DNA of 64,000 bases from Anthoceros angustus. Taxonomy: Eukaryota > Plantae > Anthocerotophyta. The stretch's first letter is position 1, and each line of letters begins with the position of its first letter. The notes below the pieces were generated by a model that was not told the DNA's origin, searched no databases, and worked only from the letters and a program-made list of their open reading frames with translations. The DNA lies in NCBI GenBank assembly GCA_010909165.1, contig MU008166.1:1116001-1180000 (forward strand). The letters are read 5' to 3'. A program made the position numbers and the translations under genes. Below are positions 23,567 to 35,240 of this stretch, in pieces.

Positions 23567-26500
23567 AGATGTCTGCCCTAGTGGCAGCACTTCCTGCCGA
23601 GACACATTAGTCCTTTGCTGCTAATAATCAGAATGAAAGCTGTCTGTATCATACTCGTCATCAAAGTCATTTCTGGATCTCATGGACGGAATTGAGGAGC
23701 TATCAGCGGGATTCTCAGAATCTGGTTCATAAGGCGAGGAGTAGCTCTCTCCACTTCTAGGAGAGTTGCGGCGTTTACGCTCTTCATATGACTGCCGCTC
23801 TTCTGGCTCCAGATCTTTTTCTTCATTGATTCTCCAGTTGGACCCTGCCACAGCAAGTGGGAGGCGTTAGCAGGTATTCACAGATAGTAGAAAAACCAAA
23901 GCACAGGAACTTTTGGGCAGGAGAAGGACTTACTATACACGCTGACAACATGGCCAGGGAAAGCCCGACATACATGTACACGAACCCTTCTCATGATCAG
24001 CTTGGTATGCCGAGGTAGATTCTGTACCAAACAGGAGTTTGAGGATGGGCACAAGTCCCATAGCTCACAATCACAGTTTCCTTGGAGTAGTCAGCTGGCT
24101 TGGGGAAGGACAAAGGGGCAGAAGGCCCACGCTCATCATCCGAATATGCAAACTCAAAGGAACAGGCAGGGCCTCGGCGTGCGTGGCAGGCGGCCCTCCG
24201 AGTAGGGCAGATTAGAACCACCCATTTGACTGAGGCGTGTCGCTGGCTGACAGCTGCAGCGGCTCTGATATTTGAAACTCTCTTGTTGTGCCGTGGTTTC
24301 GACTCTAGGCGCCTTTGCTCCGATCACACCGCAGCAGTGAGCCCTCGATTGCTTAACAGGCTGTGTGAGTGAACCTCCCCAGGTGGTCACGGACCTGGCG
24401 CCTCCTCTTGGGCGGCGCTGTGACTTCGGATTTGTCAGACGCCATCTCAAGAATCAAGAACCTTACTCTCAGGAGTATGTTTAGAATGAGGCTCAGGGCG
24501 TAACACAAGCTTAAATAGGCAGCGCACCTCATCTCCAGCACGGAAATTCCCATTGAGCTCATCATGGATGGATGGAGCGTAAGAGCACAACACAAGACAA
24601 GATACGCAGCCAACAAACAACCCACGATCTCACGAGTAGCTCGCGGGAGGCGAGGCTGTCCTTGGGCTATGATCACTTCATCAAGTGGGAGTGAAGAGAT
24701 ATAGTGATGAATGTCATACACAGGGTTAAGTTATTATTGCTTGGGTAATTAGTTAAGTTAAGTCGGGGCTTAATACCCGTTAGTTAGGGTTAAGTTCGTC
24801 CCTTAGTGAATAGGCGTACCTTTTCATTTTAGTTAAGTTGTCTTTTCATGCTTTTGATATTTAATCTTCTTGTTGATAATATATACACAATGTATTTATT
24901 AATTTAATCCACCTACAATTCGATGTAAATCGTGATTAAAGAGATTCGGCGGTTAGAGTGCGCCTCCCTAGAAGGTCGGATGAAGGTGGGGAGGTTTCCA
25001 AGGGCAAGCGGAGGCGGCGGCAATGACAGGGGTCGGCGAAGAAGGAAAGAAGCCGCGGAAGAGGAACCTGACTACACCTAGGGTCACCAGTCAAAATCAG
25101 CGAGCGAGGCAGGTGAAGGAGGAGAAAATAAAGGAAGCGACAAGTTGTGCCTCTCTCGGTGCAGTCAGCCGCTAGGAGATTGGAGCGGATGAGGAAGTAG
25201 TGGCAAACCAACCCCTAGAAGGGGTTAGTTTCGATTAGCCAAATCCATGACAGACTCGAATATCTTTGGCGACATTTCACGACCCGGTGAAGTGGAGCGG
25301 TGACACCGCCCGCGTCGAAATTGTTGTGGAGGAATGGGCGCAGCGTGGTCGGGAATCTGACTGACTTGACCATGGCTCAGCGGTGATCTCCTCGACCGGA
25401 CCATGGCTCTCACAGGTGAGTGTGCGAGGCCAGGAAAAGTTGCTCAAGGAAAAGTTGGAGAGCCTAGAAGGCGAGAACAAGGTGGCAGGAGGCCTTAGGC
25501 GAGTCGGCCCTATGTAAAACACAGGGCGGTGAGGCCATGTCCACCTAGCAGGAGGCCTTAATGCATCGGGTCAAGGCGCATGCTACAATTGAAGAGCTTC
25601 AAGATGAGGTCTCATGAGTCCAGGCGGTGGAAACAATGGCGCCTCGAGAAATTCAAGCTGGCGGAGAGATATGGAGAGAGATGAAGCTAGGGCCGAGTCA
25701 AGAGAGGTGGCCAAACCGAAGAAGGCGAGCCACAACAACGCATGATGGCAAACCACCGTGGAAGCAACCACCACGGTGGCTAAACCGACCACCGTCGCGG
25801 AAGAAGGAACCGAGGTGGGGAAGCCAGGCAGTACGCGATTGGGCAGCAGGTCCCTGGAAACCCAGCGGCCAGAGGTATCCACGGGAGAGAGGGTAAGACC
25901 TCTATATCGGAAGGCGTATTGTGCTGCGGCGTACGGATGAGGATGCTCATGTCACAGCACACGCATGGTGGCGGGGTGCTCACTCTAAATGTGTATGTGG
26001 TTGTTGGGGCGGGAGGCGAGAAACTATTGGCGCACATCTTGACGCCACAGGCGTTTACGATGGTTCTTCGAGCAGGAGGCCTACCCCAAGTGGTGATCGA
26101 GGAAATGGCGAGGCGGGCAGGCGTGGAGGGAGGAGCACGGTGTGGCTGTCCGTGATGAGGCGGAATAGCAGCATAGGGCCTATAGGGCCTTGGCGCCCAT
26201 GGGAAGGCATAAAGCTGCGAGCGTGTGGCGAGGTGGAGGTTTTGGGGAGAATCGCTCGGATCGGGCGTGGCGGAGGCGGCGAAACCAAGCCGAGCTAAGC
26301 GGCAACATGAACGGCAGCGCTAATTTTAGAGGAGCGACACATTGCAGGCCAAGAGTTCCTTTTTGGGTTAGAGGATGGGGTGTTTTGAGGGTCTGCGGAG
26401 CTGTAGTTGCCGGAATTGGTAGGAGCGTCCGTCGTAGTGGGTCATATTTTCTAGACACTGGGAGGAGTGAGCTGTGGAGATCCACAGCTGAATGTATAAG

Positions 26501-29500
26501 AGACCCTTGAGTGTCTCTCTTAACAGACAATTTCAGGTGTGAACTTCCGTGTGTTGAAGCTATGCGCGAGGTTGGTTGGAGGCGTCGATCGCATCAAACT
26601 CGTTCGATGCACCTTTCGTCACAAGAAGGCCGGAAGATCCTGGATGGTCGAGGCGGGGTGGCCAAGCTCCACGCTGGGGTGGAAGGCTGCGCCTGGCCAG
26701 GAAAAGAGGTAGGAATTGCGGAAGGTGAGGCGGAGGCTGGGAAGGCGAATCGCCAAGCAGCAGGGTTTTCTTTCACGATCCTCTTTCCCAAGCTGCGCCA
26801 CAGTGTTTATTCCATGAGAGGGGTCTGTGTGGCCCAGGGAGGGGTGTGTGGCCCAAGGAGGGGTCTGCGTGGCCCGTGAGGAGAGGAGAGAGGATTTATT
26901 AGGAAGGAAGGTCCGAAGGGTAGATGAGTCTTGTGTAGGGATTGTGAGTGCGTGTGGGGGAAAATCGGAAATGAGTAAGGGGAGTGGAAGTGTGCGGTGG
27001 AATCGCGGAAATTCTTGGAAGTGAAGTGAGGTGTATATAGGTGTGTGTATGTCCATAGCCCCCAAGGTCTGCGCCAGAGAAGCCGGTGACAAATAGTCCC
27101 CTGACGGGCTGGGACCCGCCCGTGGTTGAACCAGCCACTGCGGTGGCCGAGTCTTCCACGGTGGTGGGTTTGGGTAGGGTAGCTGGATAAGGTGGGGTAG
27201 TGATCAGAGGTAAGTCTAGAATCCATAGTTTTAGAACATCTTGACACAAAACCATTCCTTGGGATCGAATCCTAGGACTATAGCGACATAGAGGTAAATG
27301 TGGCCTCTTTGCGTCATCGGACATGAACCCCATTCCACACCTCACTTCAGGACGGACTTTACAAGAACTCTCTTCAAAGTCCGTGTCCTCCAAGAAGTTC
27401 GTTATTGAGCGTAAGTTATGTTTCTTTTTATAGCGATGGCTGTACTCAAGTGACACCATGTCTGCAGACGCATGCAATTGCATGTTTGCGATTCTTGTGG
27501 TAGTGTTACTCATGACTTCGCGCAAGCGTCGCATGCGTAACGTTGCGATGTGAGCTTTTCTACTTATCACAAGTCCCTTCAGTTTTAAACGTTCTTTAAC
27601 GTCCATATGTTTCCACTTTCAGAATGGATTCGGAGAAAGAAAGCAACTACGACATGGTTGACATTGAAGAAGGTAACGAAATTTTTGACGCTCAAATCGT
27701 CGCTCTTTTCCGCTATCTCACACGGTCATTTTGACAGAAAGCCACGACGAAACTGCAGAACCCACGAACGTTGACAGCTGGCGGTCAAACAATCATGCTC
27801 CCGCCCATGGGGATCCAGGATATGGCACAAAATCGGAGTTTGAAATCCACTCCTTGAAATAAGAAAGACCGTGGAAAAAGGTACAATGTTGCAAAGATAC
27901 TATAGTTGAGAACCAAAATGCTCGAGTTTTTGTACGATGAACTAATTTATGCATGTTTTCCAGTTCTCACGGAGCACACCATGTTTTCATCGATGGACAA
28001 AAAAGACTTACAGCTCCTTACCCAGATGCCTGCTCAATTGGACAAGATAAAAAATGCACTTTTTCGCCTTATAAAATTACATTGACATGGATATGAAGTC
28101 TGACTTATAAAAGTTAACATGTACAGGATATCTAAAAGAACTTACGAACAACAGCACAGTTAGAGTTGGAGACAATGACTCTAGTCAGAAGATTTAACGG
28201 GCATCAAATCTCCATTCAATCAATACTAGAGGTAAATAAATAAATGCATTTACATCATGTAGTATTTCACTACCAATTTGTTAACTATGCGTTTACAGTC
28301 TGTTGCTAGAGAACAAGCGGCTGCTAAAGAAATCAAAGACAAAATACACGACATCGACGACAAAATCAACAAAACGGACATCTCACATCAGGTTGGTCAA
28401 AATTATGACTCAAGTCTTATATCCTGTATTCAACAAAATGCAATATCCTCTGTTTAACAAAATTCTCCATTTTTACAGGAAAAAAAGAGGAAAATAGAGG
28501 ACTCTGAAGACAATGCTTCAACTTATGGCCCTTCTAAAGAATTCACTGAATTTGGAAAATGGATGAATAACTACCGATATCCATTTTTCAAGAGTTCAAA
28601 AACAAATATGCTCCCATCTGGGAGCATAGCCTCAAAGAACCAGTGCAGCCAATCCTCAACGCAGATGGGACTACACCAACCTTTCAACAGTATATACAGA
28701 TTCAAAAAAGTAAGTATCTTTGCATTTTTGTTTTTTATAAAGTTTATTTATGCCTAAATTTTCCATGTTGTGACTTGTAGAGATATCTGAAGCCATTCAA
28801 AATCAAGAGCTGAAAACTACAGACCTGCGCTTATGGAGGATCCAGAGACAACAAAAAACATTCAAAAGGTAATTTCCTAAATTTACAAGTTATATTCTTC
28901 AATTGCATATTTCTAACATCTGCCCATTATCCAGAACATAAAGTCACACTTTCGTAGTGTGGGGAATCTTCACAGCACCTACATGACGTTAGTCAGAAAG
29001 GTATTTACCGAGCAGGACGTACTTCGACTTGAAATGGAGGTAACTTACTAACCTGTTCCACCTTCGTTTGTAGTTATCGAAGAAACAAAAGGAGTTGTTT
29101 GCACTGTTTGAGGTTAGTATATTAAATTGCTTGTTTTCAATTTTAAAAACTTCAATTACTAACAAATAAAATTGCTTGTAGAAATATTCACGTCTGGACG
29201 AAATCTTTGAGATGATAAACTTTTATCCGACGCATAACGAGCAAATGAAAAGCATTACTCCGAAGACTATGCACCATCGGGATCACCTGTTTACACCCCG
29301 TCAACCCCAATAGAATATGTCCTCTGAATCGAGACAATAACGTCCAAAAAAAAGCGTTAAAAGTTGAAAATTCGGGACTTTTACCAAGCGAAGCTAAAAT
29401 CAAAACTTGTGTTACCTTATCAATTACATGGAAGAGAGAGAAAGAAGAGTTATAAGCTGGGCAGCAACCCTTAAATGAGCACAGACCTCGGCTAACGCCT

Positions 29501-29659
29501 CGGTCTGCAGTCGAGTGGAACGCGCGTCTCGGCCTGACCTCGTCAAGCTCGCCACGCTAGGAACGGACTCGGCGTCGAGCGCCGACCTAAAATGGTCTCG
29601 GCCTAACGGCCTCAACCGTTCTCGGCCGTGGCGCCCCTCTGCGCGTCCGTTCCCTAATA

Positions 29660-32600
29660 CATGAACTTATGGTTTGCTTCAGGAACTAGAAAGAATGATA
29701 CGAGTGCTAGAAGTATTGGAAGAACAAGATGAAGAATGAGAGTGGCAATGATCCATGAAACCGATGGCACCTTGGCCTCAAGGTCACGCCCCCTCTCTTG
29801 TGCACGCGCGTCCCTCTCGATCTTGATGTCCTGGAGCGTACTGTTGGAGTCCTGGTTCAGCGGACACACATAACCGTATGTAGAGGCAAACTTAGGGATA
29901 CCAAGCGACACAATACCTTTTTTTTAATGATTTGTTGCTGGAGGCTGAGCGGCGCAAGATGACCGGTGAGGTTTCGGAAAGCCAACAAATGAGGATCGCC
30001 AGAGAGAATGTTGTCACGTTGCTTTAACATATGCAGAATTGGCAAGGGAGCCACCAATGTCTAGCACAGTTTTGGAAGCCCTGGGCCGGATGATGAATGG
30101 TGATGGTGGTGTGGATACTTGAAACCCTAAAGCAGATTACGGTAAGTCCCATGCCTGTACCAATCTCGGATATGTCTTTGAGATAGCAGAATATACACTT
30201 CCCTCGTCATTGCATTGGGCAGGCAATTTCTCCCGGTGGTGAATATAAGCTTCATACATAATCAACCCCCAATTCGGCCTTTGTGGAAGGAAGTGTAAGA
30301 ATGTATTGCTGAAGTAGGAGGTGCATTGACAATTCACTAAGCCCAAAACAATCTTTGCAAAAGATTGAGCTCTATCACGTGGCGCTTGGCTACTAGCTCG
30401 TCCATACATGTGAGGTTTTCGCATCACACCAACTACCTTCACTACTGAGATGCGTTTCCGTCTTGGAAGGGAGCAACTAAGCTCCCTACCTATAGTCACA
30501 TACTGCTCCCACAATGTCATATGCAGGAAGAACAAACGGCTTCGCATGCGTAGCCGCGGATGGTGGACTCGGGGCCCGTGCTCGCGCATGGGCCCTTGTT
30601 GTCGCCTTCTCCGCCATCGAGTTCCTCACGCTCTTGAGCCTTAAGGTCCCATTCCGTGTTGCGGGGAATTCCATGCATCTTTGGGGAGGTGGTGGTGGCG
30701 TGTCTTTCTCCGTGCACGGAACTGTTGCTAGCATGAATTCAGCGTATTGCACAATGTGTGCGAGAAACCAAAAGGCGAGGTGGGTCAATCACGAGGTGAA
30801 GGAGTCAAAATCCGCCATCGGACCACATGTATCGTATGTCTGCATGGCCCTCGTTGCTTTGGATCTCCCTAAGCGTCAGCGGAGGCAGGTAATGCTTCCC
30901 ATCACTCCCACGGAGGCGGTGGAGTGGTTTCGTTGTGCATGTCCCTATGGGCAATGGCCTGGATTCTTGTGTCGGGAATTTGTGAAGATGGGCTGTGGTT
31001 CACGACATTCTTTGAAGGTGTGCACCCTTATGTAACTTTCGATTGAATTAAATCCAGAGTCACCGTTGTAAACTCTAGCATGCATGCTAAGTTTTAACGG
31101 TACAACAACGTTCATGAATCTACCCAAGGAGGCCTTCTCACTCATGCAACGAGGGATAAAAGCTAAGACCAAGAACGGCTGGAGGACTGTAAAGAGTCAC
31201 CGTCGAGATGGCCCTTTGAAGGTCAATTTAGACTTCTGTCTGAAGTATGTTGTGAAGTAGGAAAACGACAACCCCGCGTGCAGCTAGGCATGGTAAGCTT
31301 TGGCGCAAGACTTCAGAAATTTATCGAAGTCCTCAACCATCACCTCATATGTTTCAAGTGCGAGCAAAATAAAGAGGTGGCCCGCTTGCATCCCGCTATA
31401 CTTCCTTACCTTGAGAGCCGCTGCCCCGACAGCAGCCTAACTTGGGCGGTTAGTAATGACCCGAGTAGAGATGGTCTCGTGTGCAGGGTCAGTAACCACC
31501 ACGTCCGCCTCCGAAACATGGTCGTTACGTACAAAGTACAAGTCAGCCCTGATCGAGTGACCTTTACGAAGAGGGTACCCCTGCTCGCTCCAGGCCATGT
31601 AGCCGCTTTCGTCTTAAAGACGGTTGCACAAAATAACACAAATGTTCCTGCCTAAAGGCCGAAGAACAAAAAGAAGGAGGCACTTAGATACAATGAGTTC
31701 CTTGGGAGCTCATAGGAGGATGTACAAACCAGTAATGTGAATCATGCGCCATAGGCGCGGGATCTAAATAGGTGATGTAGGAGGGGACAATGAGTTCCTT
31801 GGCGCCAAAGGCCAAGGAACTTAAAGGAGGATGTATAGAATAACACAAAGGTCTTTCGCGAAATGGGAAGGACCTAAGAAGATGATGTAGGAAAAAATAG
31901 TAAGTTCCTTGGCATAGGCCATGGAACCTAGTGGATGTTTTTTCCTAAGTTAAGGCAGTGCATGCTTGGCCTATGGACAAGGATGCAATATCTTTAATTA
32001 GGCAAAAACAGGAACTTAGTGGAGGAGTTTTCCTAATTAATGCTATTCCATCCTTGGCCTATGGCATTAATTGAGAAAAATCCTTCACTAAGATCCTTGG
32101 CCTATGCCAAGGAACTTAGTAAAGGATGTAGTAAAAAACATCACGTAAGTTCCTCATAGGCCAAAGAACTTACTAGATGTGTTTCCATAAGTAAAGCTCG
32201 TGCATACTTGGCCTATGGCCAAGGATGGAATAGCTCTACTTAGGAGAAAACATCAACTAAGTTTTTTCGTAATGAAAGGTAATAGATCGAACTTATTGCA
32301 TGTTTTTCATTTGTTCATCAAGTAAGGTCCTTGGCCATAGGTTTGGCCATAGGCCAAGGATCTAACTGCATGTTTTTTCCTAATTAAAGCTATTACATCC
32401 TTGGTCATAGGCCAAGGATGTATTAGCTTTAATTAGGCAAAAAGCAGGAACTTAGTGGAGGAGTTTTCCTAATTAATGCTATTCCATCCTTGGCCTATGG
32501 CATTAATTGAGAAAAATCCTTCACTAAGATCCTTGGCCTATGCCAAGGAACTTAGTAAAGGATGTAGTAAAAAACATCACGTAAGTTCCTCATAGGCCAA

Positions 32601-34495
32601 AGAACTTACTAGATGTGTTTCCATAAGTAAAGCTCGTGCATACTTGGCCTATGGCCAAGGATGGAATAGCTCTACTTAGGAGAAAACATCAACTAAGTTT
32701 TTTCGTAATGAAAGGTAATAGATCGAACTTATTGCATGTTTTTCATTTGTTCATCAAGTAAGGTCCTTGGCCATAGGTTTGGCCATAGGCCAAGGATCTA
32801 ACTGCATGTTTTTTCCTAATTAAAGCTATTACATCCTTGGTCATAGGCCAAGGATGTATTAGCTTTAATTAGGAAAAAACATAGTGGATGTTGTTTACTT
32901 TTTACTTATTAAATGTATAACATCCTTGGCCTATGTCCAAGGATGTAATAGCTTTAATAAGGGAAAAACATCCACTATTTTAAAATGAGAATGAATTTAG
33001 TGGAGGATGAACATTAGTACATCCTTTGGCCAAGGACCTACAAAGCTGTAATAATGTTCATCCTCCACTAAGTTCATTTTCATTTTTACATCTTGGCCTT
33101 TGGCAAAATAACATGATAAAGAAACGTTGCTTACTGTCCTTGGGGCTTGGGACATTTTTGCAGATGAAACTAGATGCCTTGGCCTTTGAAAACTAATTAT
33201 ATATTATACGGCTCTATATGTAGGAAGAAGATCATAAACCAGCATTTTGTGGTACTTCACAAACCTCGACAAACATGCTGACCTCACAGTCAACGGAGCC
33301 TTCGGATGTCTGCACTTTGTTTGTTGCATCCTTCAAACAAAGTGCTGACGACCTAATGCTTTGTGGGCTTGTTAACTAGTTTTTGACTGAAGGCTACTGC
33401 AGTTTGCCAGCGCTTGGTGATCAGGCTAGTTTGCCTGCCGCCCATGGAATGTGATTTCTGGCATGTCGAAACGACATATGGGGTTCGGGTGGCATATAAT
33501 TCACCTGCAATAAACCGAATGTATGGGGAGACACAGTCACTGCAGCCCAAGTGGTTGGGCAGAAACATTACGATTTTTTGTGAAGGGTGTGGAGTACGAG
33601 TGACAAGTGCCATGGAACGGCAACGGCATACCCGTCCCGTCCCGTGGGTTCCACTACAAAGAGGTAGGTGAACGTTGAAATGCCAGTCCCCAACATGTTG
33701 AGATGGGAAGAACGAACTTGGACATACCAAGGGCAAGAGCAGCAGGAAGCGCCCGACCAAGGATGGCGGAAGGGGCGGAGACATTGGATGCGGGCGACGA
33801 CTGGTGCATAGATTGGGTGGTAGTTGCTCTGCTCGGGCACCCGGGTGTCGTTCGGGCGATTGGTTTGGAGGTGATTATGCGCGCAGTGGACACCTCCCAG
33901 TTTTTGCTGTACACGAGGTGTCGGGTGTGCGGAACCGCGGTGGACGACGAACAATGCCGCAATTGTGATGGATGGAGAGGCAAGGAGTTGAGGTACAGGG
34001 TGCCTCAATCCCAAAACTTAGAATTCATAGTCTTATTCACGTACTGACCAACCTTTTTGTGGATTCGGGCTCATCCCAGAAACTGCCAATGAGAGGATTC
34101 ATGAATTTGCACATAGCCCAGTGAAACCTTCTTTTTAGCCTTCGATGTGAGGTTGACACTGATACCACCCAACCTCTTTGCAAACAAGACACGGACTCTG
34201 TTAAATTTATTAGGACTATATCACCCTTCCAATCAAAGAAACAACTGAACTTACCAGTCAACTCGTCAATGTCCGTGACTGGGACTTCATAAAAGTCAAA
34301 CACATGAACCCTTCTCCTACGCATGCCATCCTTACCCTTGTTTCCCCCATCTAGAGTATCTCCATTACCTGTGCATCCTCCCGCCTGCACACGCACTCTC
34401 TTACTGCAGCCTGGCTTTGAAATCTGAACTTTGGACTCTTGCTGAGGTGCGGAGTCCTCAACAAGTGTGGGCTCACATTCCAAAACGGCATGCAT
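29660..34495 (-). pseudogene. probable KDZ (Kyakuja-Dileera-Zisupton) transposase with N-terminal Cys clusters; spliced, frameshifted
   Basis: Motifs in KDZ order on the minus strand: CxC-like ETYEVMVEDFDKFLKSCAKAYH, GHCP + SDGKHYL (CPAC..DGNF-like), PC...YDIVGAVC, VNCQCTSYF, YEAYIHH, GTGMGLT. In-frame splice SVDCE|AGTFV across candidate intron 33282-31652. Upstream Cys-rich segment at 33353-33784. Confidence 0.55.
31660..33190. repeat. AT-rich array of palindromic TCCTTGGCCTATGGCCAAGGA-type motifs with a 436-bp near-perfect tandem duplication
   Basis: Many CCTTGGCC / GGCCAAGG motifs. 31993-32428 is repeated at 32429-32873 (period 436). Confidence 0.9.
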
Positions 34496-34659
34496 GAGCA
34501 GTCACGGGTTCAAACTCCACTTCAAGTTCTTGGTTTCCGAGATCCGCACATGGAGAAGAGGCACAAACACGGTATTTTTTGAAGGGGCTGAATATCCAAA
34601 CCCTGTTTTTTGGGTTATGAACCCCCTTATCACGTCCTTGTCATGCCTAGGCTTGCGAG

Positions 34660-35240
34660 TATGTATGAAGTCCACCTTGGTAGCACATGGAGTTTGGCCA
34701 GTCGTAGAAGGGACTCTGCCGAAGCCTGATCTTGCTGCGTCTTCGACACCCACACCTGCAGAATTCCTCAAATGGGATCAGTTGAACAACATTGCAATTG
34801 CACTTCTGGTTGGAGGTTTGGACAGTGATTTGGCACCAAATGTTGAGTTCTTGACTGAAGCCTCGGCGATCTGGAACCAGCTTTCATCAACTTACAACAT
34901 ATGCAACGCGATGATACTTTGTGCTGTAAGAACAAAGTTTTATAGTCTTTGAAAGAAAGAGGGAGACAGAAAGGCCGCACATGCTGCTAAGTTTCGACGC
35001 CACGGACAACTGAAATCTCTTGGCACTGATATGAGGGAAGTGGATGCTACTGTTCAGCTGCTTACCAGCTTGCCTGCATCATATCAGAATTTTGTCACTA
35101 GTCGGAATTTTCCTATCTTGACTGCTCATCAAGCTTCTCAAGTGGGCATTACCTCTACCATCTCAATGGAAGATATACTGGCGGCCTGTAGAAGAACAAA
35201 GTCGTTAAGCACTACGAGCGATTCTGTGTTAGTTAACTAA
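34660..35240 (+). pseudogene. Ty1/copia gag fragment
   Basis: MKSTLVAHGVWPVVEG...IWNQLSSTY...LLTSLPASYQNFV, a typical copia gag. A further DRFNGTKYQVW piece is at ~35500. Confidence 0.75.

Larger units (their letters stand above)
17798..24942 (+). mobile_element. full-length Ty1/copia LTR retrotransposon nested in the solo LTR
   Basis: ~245-bp LTRs at 17798-18040 and 24692-~24942. PBS TGGTATCAGAGC (18041-18052, tRNA-iMet). PPT CAAGTGGGAG (24682-24691). Probable TSD GATTC (17793-17797, 24943-24947); the 3' LTR end is slightly altered. Confidence 0.9.
16473..27339 (+). mobile_element. solo LTR (~3.7 kb once the nested copia is removed) of an Athila/Tat-like gypsy family
   Basis: Starts TGTGGAAGACCACATG and ends ATTCCACA. 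Flanked by 5-bp TSD CCTCA (16468-16472, 27340-27344). Both termini resemble the sense-strand termini of the 52647-62831 LTRs (TGTGGTGACCACATG; TCTTGACAC..CCTTGGG..CGAATC..AGAGG.TAAAT.GGCCTCT..CCACA). Confidence 0.8.
15600..29400 (+). pseudogene. multi-exon orphan gene, interrupted by the nested insertion 16473-27339
   Basis: GT-AG-bounded, phase-matched exons: ...QSILE | 28299-28391 SVAREQAAAKEIKDKIHDIDDKINKTDISHQ | 28479- EKKRKIEDSED... | 28781-28868 | 28935-29039 NIKSHFRSVGNLHSTYMTLVRKVFTEQDVLRLEME. ATG at 27624 after a TTTCAG acceptor. Small GT-AG exons also at 15740-16420. A few frameshifts. Confidence 0.6.

Noticed and set aside
26899-27606. 235-aa minus-strand ORF
   Set aside because: It crosses the solo-LTR boundary at 27339 and overlaps the intron region of the plus-strand gene. 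No recognisable motifs, so probably spurious.
31660-33190. CRISPR-like array
   Set aside because: Eukaryotic context, irregular spacing, non-unique spacers and no cas genes.
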